Of a DNA stretch of 64,000 nucleotides, positions 28,853 through 37,909 are shown piece after piece. The position numbers and the translations under genes were made by a program. How positions within the stretch are numbered: position 1 is the stretch's first letter; each line of letters starts with the position of its first letter. The DNA is taken from the NCBI GenBank assembly GCA_963815925.1, contig CAWFIV010000007.1:43313-107312 (forward strand), read 5' to 3'. Under the pieces are notes generated by a model that made no database searches, was not told the origin of the DNA, and saw nothing but the letters and a program-made list of their open reading frames with translations. Source of the stretch: an uncultured Acidobacteriota bacterium. Its GTDB lineage: Bacteria > Acidobacteriota > Terriglobia > Terriglobales > Acidobacteriaceae.

Positions 28853-30448
28853 CTATTTCCCGCACACGAAGTTCGCCGCATTATTAGTGTCGCCAGTACC
28901 CTTGTACTTGGCAGCCTGCGGATACGCGCACAGCGGCCGAGTCATGGTGGCCGGCTGATTGTCACTACCCGCGTACTTTGAGGCAATGATGGTCGAGGGT
29001 GCGACTCCCTTCTCAACCCACTGTACTAGCGCCGCAGCGACGCTATGCTGCGGATCTTCGAACGTCAACCTGCCAACCTGCCCGAAAGAATCTGCGCCGG
29101 GGCCGTTATCGCAGTGCTGCATGCCCGGCACCATGTAGAGCCGCACGAACGAATCGGTGTCGTGGCCCATCTTTGTCACGACACGGTCATAATATTGGAC
29201 GGTGCTGAGCGCCGGAATCGCGGGATCGTTCCAACCGTGATACAGAATCAGCTTTCCACCCCGCGCTGCAAACGGCTTCAGATTGGCGTCCGTCGCATTC
29301 AGAGCACTTGCGGATTTTTCCTCGGCAGCTTTCAGGCCGTCGTCCATCTTGAAGGTTTTATAGTTCCAGCCAGGCTCTTCATACACCATGTCAGAGAAGT
29401 ACCCGAGCCCGAAGAATGCCATCAGGCTCTTGACCGGCGCCGGGCCGGTGATCCACAGTGCCCAGCCTCCGGGCCCATCCTCGGCGCCCGGCAAGAAGCC
29501 GGGAAACACTTGGTGGCCATGGGCGTCGAGCAGTCCCCCGTAGATCTTTTTCAGTGCGGCCACTTGCGGCGCGGTCAGGCACTTGTCGGTGTCTTCGCCA
29601 GCCTTGCACTCGATTGTCGACGGATCGAAGTGACACTGCCGGGGATCGTTTAAGACTCCATCGCGCACTCCGTCGATCTGATCGCACGCCGCCACCACCG
29701 CCGCTGCGATCGAGGGAATCTTTGCCTGTGGAATGAAACTTGCAGGGTTGAGCGTCAAAGCTTGCGTGTCTGACACAGCGGTGGAGAACAAAGGTGTCCA
29801 ATTGTTCGCCGGCGCTCCGGCAAGAATTCCATCGTAATCGGCGGGATAGCGCTGCGCCTCGATGAGCGCCTCGCGTCCGCCATCGGAGCAACCGGCAAAA
29901 TATGAATGCTGCGCATCTTTCCCGGAGTACGCGTGTACCGCGGCTTTGGCGATGCGCGTCATCTCATGAATGCCGCGGTGTCCAAAATCGGCGACCCTCT
30001 CCGGATGTCCGACCGCCCAGCCCGCGTCAATCGGAGTGCCCTCGTGGCCAGTGTCGGTCGCGGTGGCCGCATACCCATGGCTCACGGCCACGCCGAGTTG
30101 CATGAAATCGATTAGCCCGGCGAACCCTCCGTTGCCGATTCCCAACAACTTGCCATTCCAGCCGGAAACGGGCATCCAGACTTCCAGCCGGATGTTGGAA
30201 TCCGTACTGGGCGTTGCGATGCCTACCACGCGGCAGAACGCTGGAAGACTCTTGTAGAACGCGCTCTGATCGCGGCCAGTGAACGATGCCGGAGGCCCGA
30301 CGAATCTTCCCGCCTCCACGGTCTGCGCGAAAATGATTTTCGCATGCGGAATTTTCAGCTCGCCGACTTTGTCGCAGGACTCGTCCCCAAATGCGACGAC
30401 ACTGGCGATCAAGACAAAAGATGCCAACAACAGAAGTATTTTTCTCAT
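28853..30448 (-). CDS. tannase/feruloyl-esterase-family alpha/beta hydrolase, secreted
   Basis: Signal peptide MRKILLLLASFVLIASVVAFG. Family nucleophile motif GCSDGG (FAGCSDGGREAL). Confidence 0.85.
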   Translation of the reverse strand: MRKILLLLASFVLIASVVAFGDESCDKVGELKIPHAKIIFAQTVEAGRFVGPPASFTGRDQSAFYKSLPAFCRVVGIATPSTDSNIRLEVWMPVSGWNGKLLGIGNGGFAGLIDFMQLGVAVSHGYAATATDTGHEGTPIDAGWAVGHPERVADFGHRGIHEMTRIAKAAVHAYSGKDAQHSYFAGCSDGGREALIEAQRYPADYDGILAGAPANNWTPLFSTAVSDTQALTLNPASFIPQAKIPSIAAAVVAACDQIDGVRDGVLNDPRQCHFDPSTIECKAGEDTDKCLTAPQVAALKKIYGGLLDAHGHQVFPGFLPGAEDGPGGWALWITGPAPVKSLMAFFGLGYFSDMVYEEPGWNYKTFKMDDGLKAAEEKSASALNATDANLKPFAARGGKLILYHGWNDPAIPALSTVQYYDRVVTKMGHDTDSFVRLYMVPGMQHCDNGPGADSFGQVGRLTFEDPQHSVAAALVQWVEKGVAPSTIIASKYAGSDNQPATMTRPLCAYPQAAKYKGTGDTNNAANFVCGK

Positions 30449-30494
30449 GATGTTTTTGGACCGCAAAACACTGTGTTCTCCGTGGACACCGTGG

Positions 30495-32153
30495 TTAAGG
30501 ATTTGCCTTACCCATGAACGCTGCCTGATCTGACTTCATCTTTTTGAGCCCTTCCATCGGCAGGTACACCATATGTCCCGACTCGTAAGTCGCAAATGAA
30601 ATATTCTCCCGATACTTCTGCGGCAAGTTGAGATGATCGACCGTATAGTTAGCCGCGTAGTACGGTGTTGCCAGATCGTAGTAGCCTTCCATGACCAGAA
30701 CCTTCAGATAAGGATTCTTCACAATCGCTTGCCGCATCGCCGTGGCTGTGTCGGGGAAGCCCTGGATCGCCGTACCCCAATCCCACTGCAAGCCACCGCT
30801 CTCGGCGCGCACGTTGTAGGGCATGTCGGTCTTGTACCCGAGTTCGGTGCGCAGGTAGTTGTTGAATACCGAGGTAAAAGGCGGCTGCGTCGCCGATCCG
30901 GTCGGATCGTAGAACGGCGTGTCGAGCAGCCCATTGGGATCAGGCCCAGTGTAGCGCGCATCAAGGCGGCCAATGCGCAGCTTCTGATCGATCAGCAGGT
31001 AGTGCGTGAATTTGCGAACGTTGATGCGCAGGTCAGCTTCGTCGATTACCTCTTTGCTGAGTCCAGTGAATCGCGCCAATTGGTCGATGACTTTCTGCCG
31101 TTCCTGCGGAGTGAGCGAGTCGCCCTTGGCCAGAGCTTGCGCGTATTCTGTGGAAGCCCACTGCTCTGATTCCTGGCGCGCCCGGTTCATATCCTGCGCC
31201 AGATCGGGAGCCAGCTTGTGGTGATAGCCGGCGATCATCGTGAACGATGGAATCAGAAAAATATATGGCTGATCGTTCGTGTTGTTGTCTTCGAGCGTTT
31301 CGAAGTTCAGCACCGTTGAGAGCAACGTGATGCCGTTAAACGAAATGCCGCGATCCGCCAGATACCCGGCGATCCCGGCGGATCGCGTCGTTCCGTAACT
31401 TTCTCCGAACAAGAACAGCGGCGAGGCCCACCGCTCATTTCTAGTTATGTAGAGCCGTATAAATTCGCTGAACGCCTCTATGTCTCCCTTAACGCCCCAG
31501 AATTTCTTGAACAACTCAGTGTCCGCGGCGCGGCTGAAGCCCGTGCCGATCGCATCGATCAGCACCAGGTCGCTCTTGTCGAGCAACGTGTAGGGATTGT
31601 CTTCCATTCGGTAGGGCGCGGGAGGCATGAACCCATCCGGTTGCAGCACGACCCGCCGCGGTCCAAGAGCCCCCATGTGCAGCCAGATTGACGATGATCC
31701 CGGGCCGCCATTGAACGCGAACGTGAGCGGACGCTTCGCAGCTTCCTGCCCATCGAGCGTGTACGCGACGTAGAACATCTCCGCTTCAATCTTGCCGTCG
31801 CCACGCTTGATGGGAAGGCGTCCCGTCGTCGCCGTGTATCTCAGGAGCTTCCCGTCGACGGTGATCTGGTGATGCGTCGCCACCGGGGACGCCTCGGTCA
31901 TGTCGAAATGCTCTTCTTTATCTTTGTCTCCGGAACTCTCGCGGGGTGGCGCTTTTTGCTCTGCGGGAGCCTCGGGCTTGGCAGCGTTTTCCGCCGGTTT
32001 TTCGGGAGATTGCGCCGCCGTGTTCTTCGCGGCGGGTTTGGAGGGCGCCGCTTGCTGCGCGGACGAGGTTGCAGAGATTGACATCCCAAAAACCAAGCCG
32101 AAACCAATCAAGACGGCAGCGAACCTCCGTGAAAATCGTTTCATAGTCTCCAT
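30495..32153 (-). CDS. serine-carboxypeptidase-like (S10-type) secreted hydrolase
   Basis: Start set at [22 protein letters not shown] (signal). Low-complexity Ala/Pro/Lys linker. GESYG nucleophile elbow ([13 protein letters not shown]). Confidence 0.72.
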   Translation of the reverse strand: METMKRFSRRFAAVLIGFGLVFGMSISATSSAQQAAPSKPAAKNTAAQSPEKPAENAAKPEAPAEQKAPPRESSGDKDKEEHFDMTEASPVATHHQITVDGKLLRYTATTGRLPIKRGDGKIEAEMFYVAYTLDGQEAAKRPLTFAFNGGPGSSSIWLHMGALGPRRVVLQPDGFMPPAPYRMEDNPYTLLDKSDLVLIDAIGTGFSRAADTELFKKFWGVKGDIEAFSEFIRLYITRNERWASPLFLFGESYGTTRSAGIAGYLADRGISFNGITLLSTVLNFETLEDNNTNDQPYIFLIPSFTMIAGYHHKLAPDLAQDMNRARQESEQWASTEYAQALAKGDSLTPQERQKVIDQLARFTGLSKEVIDEADLRINVRKFTHYLLIDQKLRIGRLDARYTGPDPNGLLDTPFYDPTGSATQPPFTSVFNNYLRTELGYKTDMPYNVRAESGGLQWDWGTAIQGFPDTATAMRQAIVKNPYLKVLVMEGYYDLATPYYAANYTVDHLNLPQKYRENISFATYESGHMVYLPMEGLKKMKSDQAAFMGKANP

Positions 32154-32374
32154 TCCACAATAAGGTCTATTCGACCGGATTTCCTGGACAGGGCGAGTGG
32201 CAGGAATTGTACACCGCTGCGGCCACAGAGCACGCGGCGGAAATGCTATCCTTCCGCGCATGCGCCGTCCGGCTTACTGCATCGAGGCTCGATACCCGAA
32301 AGCCGGAAGCCAGAAGGGATCATCCAGTAGTAACCAAAGTCGGGCGCCGTTGGTTTGCTCATCTCTCCTGCTCA

Positions 32375-33226
32375 ATGGGACAATACAAACATATGCATAA
32401 ACCGCTCGTAATTCTGTCCCAACTATTGGCCGCCGGGATGATGCTGCTGGGCAACGCCCCGGCGCAGCAAACTCCGGCAGCGACGACTTCTCAATCCTCA
32501 CAACCCGCCGCTTCCGCCAAGCCGTCGTCGGCGACAGCTGCCAAGAAGGCTCCCGTGACCGCCAAAAGCGCAACTGCCGTGACGCTCAAGACTCAGAAGG
32601 ATAAAGCCAGCTACGCCTTGGGCATGAAGATTGGCAATGACCTTCGCCGCCAAGGCGTGAATGCGTCCGTCGATCCGGCACTCACCGCGCGCGGCTTGAA
32701 AGACGCTCTGGCCGGCAGCAAAGCGCTGCTGACGGAAGATGAAGAGAAGGCCGCTCTAACCCAATTGCAGACCGACGTCCGCGGACAAATGGAAGCCAAA
32801 GCGCACACGGAAGGCGCCGCCGCCCGCAAAGAAGGCGAAGCATTTCTCGCCGCCAACAAGACTAAACCCGGAGTCGTGACTCTGCCCAGCGGACTGCAGT
32901 ACAAGATTCTGACCGCAGGCAACGGACCAAAGCCGACGGCCAGCGACACCGTCAGCTGCAATTATCGTGGCACTCTGATCAATGGCAAGGAATTCGACAG
33001 CTCGTATAAACGTGGACAGCCCGTATCGTTTCCCGTCGGCGGCGTGATCAAAGGCTGGACCGAAGCGCTGCAGTTGATGCCCGTGGGATCGAAGTGGCAG
33101 CTGTTCATTCCCGCCGACATGGCGTATGGCGACCGTGGCGCTGGCGCCGACATCGGTCCGGGCCAAACTCTCATCTTTGAAGTCGAGCTGCTGAAGATTG
33201 AGGAGCCGAAGAAATCTGGGCAATAA
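32375..33226 (+). CDS. fkpA: FKBP-type peptidyl-prolyl cis-trans isomerase, FkpA/Mip-like
   Basis: Signal peptide, then an N-terminal dimerisation helix region (ASYALGMKIGNDLRRQGV). C-terminal FKBP domain (YRGTLINGKEFDSSY...VIKGWTEALQLMPVGSKW..IPADMAYG). The start could instead be 32393. Confidence 0.88.
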   Translation: MGQYKHMHKPLVILSQLLAAGMMLLGNAPAQQTPAATTSQSSQPAASAKPSSATAAKKAPVTAKSATAVTLKTQKDKASYALGMKIGNDLRRQGVNASVDPALTARGLKDALAGSKALLTEDEEKAALTQLQTDVRGQMEAKAHTEGAAARKEGEAFLAANKTKPGVVTLPSGLQYKILTAGNGPKPTASDTVSCNYRGTLINGKEFDSSYKRGQPVSFPVGGVIKGWTEALQLMPVGSKWQLFIPADMAYGDRGAGADIGPGQTLIFEVELLKIEEPKKSGQ

Positions 33227-33305
33227 ATACGAACCCAGCAGCGAACATAGATTGTCTCTAAGCGAATCAAAGATCGGTTGATTCGAACTGATTCATTTGA
33301 ACAGA

Positions 33306-33336
33306 GCCGCCCGCTTCCCGCGGGCGGCCTTTTTTT
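33306..33336 (+). terminator. rho-independent terminator
   Basis: gccgcccgc / gcgggcggc 9-bp stem, 5-nt loop, T7 run. Downstream of the FKBP gene. Confidence 0.7.
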
Positions 33337-33381
33337 GTCTCGGGCAGCCTCGGACTCCGCGGCGTCCCCTTCTAAAGCGCT

Positions 33382-33846
33382 GTGCCCCGGCTGCCGATAG
33401 AGATTGCAGCGGGGGAGAACAATGTGAAGATTCTCTTAGTGGAGGACAGCAAGCCCATCCGACGGGAGAACGAATCGGTATTGCACCAGGCAGGATACGA
33501 AGTGATCTGTGCCGAAGACGGGGAGACTGCGCTGATGTTGGCGCGAGCGCAACATCCCGACTTGATCCTGCTCGATATGATCTTGCCCAAGATCAGCGGA
33601 CCGGACGTCTTATGGCACCTGAAGAAAGACCGGGCAACCACCGAGATCCCGGTTGTCGTGCTCAGCAGCCTCTCCGAGAAGAACCGGCAACGGCTACTGG
33701 ATGCTGGAGCGGAAGAGTATTTGGAGAAGAATGCCCTCATGCCAGGTCGCGGCGTCAATACGCTGCCGAAGGCACTGGAGAACGTGATCTGCCGCATCAA
33801 TCGCAAGCGCGGAATCGCATTCTCAAAAGTCCCGGTTCCAAAGTGA
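33382..33846 (+). CDS. single-domain response regulator (CheY-like receiver)
   Basis: KILLVEDSKPIR...PDLILLDMILPKISG...PVVVLSS...EEYLEK. A GTG at 33424 preceded by gggggag is an equally plausible start. Confidence 0.85.
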   Translation: MPRLPIEIAAGENNVKILLVEDSKPIRRENESVLHQAGYEVICAEDGETALMLARAQHPDLILLDMILPKISGPDVLWHLKKDRATTEIPVVVLSSLSEKNRQRLLDAGAEEYLEKNALMPGRGVNTLPKALENVICRINRKRGIAFSKVPVPK

Positions 33847-33850
33847 GGTT

Positions 33851-34735
33851 TTACAGAGCGCGTTGCAGATGTTCTTCGGCCGAAAGATTGGCCCCTGCCA
33901 GCAGTAACAGTCCAGACAGAAACGCCCAGAACATCATGCTCACCGAAAGCGCGAAGGGGCCGTAGACTTCCTGAAAGTTCAACCACGGCAGCGCCAGAAT
34001 GTACGCATACTTAAGCGCCTCAGAAAGCAATCCCATGATGATGGCTGCGGGCAAAACGGCGCGCGCCGGCACTTTTCCGTTCGGCAGCACCCAGTAGATC
34101 AGGAAGAAGATTGCAATGCTCGCGCCGAGGGCGAAGACCTTCATCATCAGGAATCCGACCACGCGGACGAATCCCGTTCCATACCCACGCAGCACGAACT
34201 CCATGAAGGCGACCGGACCCGCGGTAAGCGCAATCGACAGCAACGCCAGCACACCACACGCGAATGCCAGGCTGAGCGAGATGATCTGATTGCCCAGGTA
34301 GGAGCGGTTGTTCTCGAATCGCCAGATGCGGTTCAGCGCGACTTCAAGCGGCAGGAACACTCCCGACGAAGTCACTAGCAGGATGAGCAACGAAACCGCT
34401 TGTACCCGCTGCCTCGAGTTCACCATGGAATTGAGGTTGCGGATGACGAAGTCCTGACCAGCGGGCAAGTAGTCGCGCAACAACTCCAGCACAACGTCGT
34501 ACATCACGCGCGAATGAAACACACGGCGGATCAGGGTCATCAGCAGGACGACGAAAGGAAAGAACGACAGAATGGAGTTGGCCGCGACGGAAAAAGCGAA
34601 AGTGTGCACGTCGGTCCGCATCAAGTACTTGACGGTAGAAAAAACCAGGCTTGGCGGGCGGCGCGGCAGCGGTGGCACTGTACGCGGCCGTACCGTGTTG
34701 TTCTGAGGAAACGTTGGAATGGGAGGGTTGGCCAT
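33851..34735 (-). CDS. YihY/BrkB-family inner membrane protein
   Basis: Six hydrophobic segments. N-terminal ...DVHTFAFSVAANSILSFFPFVVLLM... and ...YGPFALSVSMMFWAFLSGLLLL... are typical of the family. Confidence 0.82.
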   Translation of the reverse strand: MANPPIPTFPQNNTVRPRTVPPLPRRPPSLVFSTVKYLMRTDVHTFAFSVAANSILSFFPFVVLLMTLIRRVFHSRVMYDVVLELLRDYLPAGQDFVIRNLNSMVNSRQRVQAVSLLILLVTSSGVFLPLEVALNRIWRFENNRSYLGNQIISLSLAFACGVLALLSIALTAGPVAFMEFVLRGYGTGFVRVVGFLMMKVFALGASIAIFFLIYWVLPNGKVPARAVLPAAIIMGLLSEALKYAYILALPWLNFQEVYGPFALSVSMMFWAFLSGLLLLAGANLSAEEHLQRAL

Positions 34736-35214
34736 GTCGCCGATTCATCGTATCAGAGGGCGTTGGCGCGGGCTGAGAATGACGCCGGCTGGATAAACCG
34801 AAGTTCCAGAAGCGGTTACCGGACTATTTCTTTATCTGTGTCAAAGTTATTGGAAATGACCAGTGGTCATGTTACGTTTCCCTTCTAATTCTTCTTGCGA
34901 ATCGTTTTAATAGCGCTTATTATCTGTTGCTCATTACCGGGGATTGGTCCGGTGGTGAGACCAGTAGATGGTTGACGTTGCTTGGGTGTGTTGGAAACGC
35001 GCCAAATTGTCGGGCTCCGAAAGTTCACGCAGCAAGCGGATGTAGCCGCAGCGGGGACTGAGGAGTCTTTTCCTTTTTTGGAGTAGTTCCTTGCGCACAT
35101 CGCGGACGCAACCGAAAGTTCTACCGGCTTCTTTGAGGGGGCTTCAAACGACCGGGGCGACGATCGAGAAAGCTGGAGAATAATTCTTAGCAATTGGTGA
35201 AAGGAGTTTTATCC

Positions 35215-35418
35215 GTGAGAGAGAAAGGTACAGTGAAGTGGTTCAACGGGGCGAAGGGATATGGATTTATCCAGCGCTCCACGGGGGAAGATGTATTCGT
35301 GCACTTCTCCGCGATCCAGGAGAACGGCTACCGCACGCTCAACGAGGGTGAGACCGTGGAGTTCGACTTGCTGAAAGGCCCCAAGGGCTTTCAGGCGGCA
35401 AATGTCGTCCGCGCATAA
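35215..35418 (+). CDS. cspA: cold-shock protein (CspA family)
   Basis: aaaggag-N8-[18 protein letters not shown] (RNP1) and DVFVHFSAI (RNP2). 67 aa. Confidence 0.93.
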   Translation: MREKGTVKWFNGAKGYGFIQRSTGEDVFVHFSAIQENGYRTLNEGETVEFDLLKGPKGFQAANVVRA

Positions 35419-35445
35419 ACTGCGAACCATCTGAGAACTTGAGAA

Positions 35446-35474
35446 CCCTCCCGGTCCCAGCGGGAGGGTTTTTT
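35446..35474 (+). terminator. rho-independent terminator
   Basis: ccctcccg / cgggaggg stem, 7-nt loop, T6. Located 28 nt after the csp stop. Confidence 0.75.
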
Positions 35475-35681
35475 ATGGACGCAATGCGGAAGAACTCACG
35501 TACCGGGTTGTGAATGCAATGGGAAGTGGCCGACCTGAGGGGTTTCGTTTTTACGTATCCCCGTCTCGCCAAAAAACATCCAAGGGCTAAGTCTGGGCGG
35601 GGGCCGCTCACTAATTCTCCGACTACCAAGCGGAGGATTCTTGCCCGCGGTCGCACGAGTCATGCATAAAGGATTTCGCTG

Positions 35682-36206
35682 ATGAAGAAGAAGAAGATCG
35701 GGTTTATCGCCGCGATCGTGCTGGTCGCAGTGGTACTTCTATCGACCCGCTACACCGAGGTGGACTTGCCGGTATGGCATTTTCTGGGCGGTGGCACGGG
35801 ACCCGATCCGGCCACGTTGCACGTGAGAGGCGAATTCGTAGAGAGCAACCTCGGTGCGGCGGAGGATCCGGAGGGCTCCCTCACCGTGCGCATGATTGCG
35901 CAGCAATATGTTTTCGTGCCGCAATGCATTGTCGTCCCCGCCGGCGTTCCCATCCGCTTTCGAATAACGAGCGCCGATAACGTGCACATGTTGAGCTTTC
36001 TCGGCACCGATTACGGGCTCAAAGCTGTGCCCGGAACGATCACCGAAGCCAGTTTCACATTTTCTAAACCAGGCGAATTCAAGATTCCCTGTCATGAATT
36101 CTGTGGACCGGGGCACTACGCGATGAGAGGACAATTGCAGGTGGTCCCGCGGGATCAGTTTGCTACGTTGAGTCTCGGGGAAAGGAGGACTTGTGAATCC
36201 CGCTAG
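35682..36206 (+). CDS. CuA-type cupredoxin, ba3-oxidase-subunit-II-like membrane protein
   Basis: N-terminal TM helix. Cupredoxin core IRFRITSADNVHMLSF and a complete CuA ligand set in CHEFCGPGHYAM (H...CxxxCxxxHxxM). Confidence 0.8.
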   Translation: MKKKKIGFIAAIVLVAVVLLSTRYTEVDLPVWHFLGGGTGPDPATLHVRGEFVESNLGAAEDPEGSLTVRMIAQQYVFVPQCIVVPAGVPIRFRITSADNVHMLSFLGTDYGLKAVPGTITEASFTFSKPGEFKIPCHEFCGPGHYAMRGQLQVVPRDQFATLSLGERRTCESR

Positions 36207-36969
36207 ACAGGATGCTCGCTTGCAGACGCAGGTCCGATGGCGTGCAACGCTCGTGGCTGTGTTATTGGCGATTCCGCTCCTATGGTTAAGAGCAGATTCG
36301 TCGGCGCAGCAGTCCGCCGCGGAACCTCCCGTTCGCGTTCCATCGAATGTGGCATGGACGCATGAAACGCTTGCGCTGGTTTCCCGGGGCGATGCATTTC
36401 GCGGGCTGATCCTCGCCCGGCGCTGCAGTCATTGCCATGGCGAGGAGGGATTCAGCGCGTCTCCAGACTTCCCGAACCTTGCCGGCGCGGACCGGCTGTC
36501 GTTCTGGAAACAGATGGAGGATTTTCGCTCAGGGAAACGTGCGTCTCCAGTAATGCAAAGCCAGGTCGCGGGACTCTCCACCCGAGACTCAGCGGATTTG
36601 GCTGCGTACTACTCCATGCTGCCCACGGCGAGCGATCCCCAGGACAGCCGGGTGTTTCCCGAAGCGATGAAGGATCCCTCGCGTGCTTCGGTTGCAATCC
36701 GACTCATTCTTTTCGGGGATGGCCAGCGCGGCATTCCGCCATGCCAATCGTGCCATGGCCCCGTCAGTTACGTGAACGGCGCACCGCTGCTCGCGGTTCA
36801 GAACGGAAGTTATTTGGAGGAACAACTTGACAACTTTGCGAACGGGTCGCGCAGCAACGACATCAACGTTCGAATGCGCAGTATCGCGCGGCAGCTGACG
36901 GCGGAGGAGAAAGAGGCGATCGCGGAATACTATGGCGCCGGACTCGGGCCGGGAGTCTACCCAAGATAG
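36193..36969 (+). CDS. dihaem c-type cytochrome (c4-like)
   Basis: aaggagg SD then GTG at 36193, overlapping the previous gene by 14 nt. Signal/TM segment. Two CxxCH motifs (CSHCHG, CQSCHG). Confidence 0.8.
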   Translation: MNPARQDARLQTQVRWRATLVAVLLAIPLLWLRADSSAQQSAAEPPVRVPSNVAWTHETLALVSRGDAFRGLILARRCSHCHGEEGFSASPDFPNLAGADRLSFWKQMEDFRSGKRASPVMQSQVAGLSTRDSADLAAYYSMLPTASDPQDSRVFPEAMKDPSRASVAIRLILFGDGQRGIPPCQSCHGPVSYVNGAPLLAVQNGSYLEEQLDNFANGSRSNDINVRMRSIARQLTAEEKEAIAEYYGAGLGPGVYPR

Positions 36970-37120
36970 CGCAAGGGATTTCTCGAAAAGCTTTGTAAAG
37001 GATGTCACGGGACCGGCTTCTCGCGAAAATAGCGAGAGGAACTCACCGCACAGTTCCCCTGCCACGCTAACGTAACCTCAACGATCACGACGCCATCAAA
37101 ATGGATTTATCGAGGTCGAT

Positions 37121-37825
37121 ATGGAAAAGCTAGTTGCTTTCGCCGCGTCAGTTCTTATGGCTTGGTCCACCACGGCCCAGACCACTGCTAACCCGACAAA
37201 TGCCGAAGCGCCTCAATCCCAGAAACCCGCCAGCGTCCTGCTTCCGGAGCTACAGTTATGCGGATCGGTGCCGACAATGTTTGCGATGCTGGTTAATCAA
37301 GCCGGCCTATCGGGCGGCGTGGCTACGTCGAACGAGGGATGCTCCGATGGTCAGGAGGGGACGGTATCCGTTCCGGCCGGAACCAACTTCGACAAAGCAG
37401 TCGCGCAGGTTGCAAAACTCAGAGCTCCGTCTAAATGGCAAGTCCGGAATGGCGTGGCAAACTTTTTCCCCGGGGGCATTGTACCGCCGTTACTCCTGGT
37501 GCATATCCGTAACTTCGCCTGGGACAAGTCAACCCCCATCCGGGAGGTTCTTGGGCGTTTGCGCCAGTTACCCGAACTGACGGAAGAGGCGTCGAAGCTT
37601 GGGCTACGGGAGGCTCCGATCGAGGGTGGGGCGAGCACGATTTGCATCCGCGGCGATTGCAGTGAAACATCAAAGCCGGAGAAAATTCCAGAGACTGAGG
37701 AAGCTGTTTCGCTGCTTACTGTGCTGAACCGAGTAGTGCAGGCCCACAACGGAGCTGTCTGGAGTTACTCGGAATATCCCTGCGACAATGGCACATTATT
37801 TTCCCTAAACGTCATTGCTGAATGA
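37121..37825 (+). CDS. secreted hypothetical protein
   Basis: Signal peptide MEKLVAFAASVLMAWSTTAQT. No family recognised. Confidence 0.5.
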   Translation: MEKLVAFAASVLMAWSTTAQTTANPTNAEAPQSQKPASVLLPELQLCGSVPTMFAMLVNQAGLSGGVATSNEGCSDGQEGTVSVPAGTNFDKAVAQVAKLRAPSKWQVRNGVANFFPGGIVPPLLLVHIRNFAWDKSTPIREVLGRLRQLPELTEEASKLGLREAPIEGGASTICIRGDCSETSKPEKIPETEEAVSLLTVLNRVVQAHNGAVWSYSEYPCDNGTLFSLNVIAE

Positions 37826-37909
37826 GGGCGCGCTCAGATAACATCTCAGAACGACAACGTTGGTAAGGTCAATGCCATGGTTTTCGGGCGACTACCCGCA
37901 ACCCCAATC

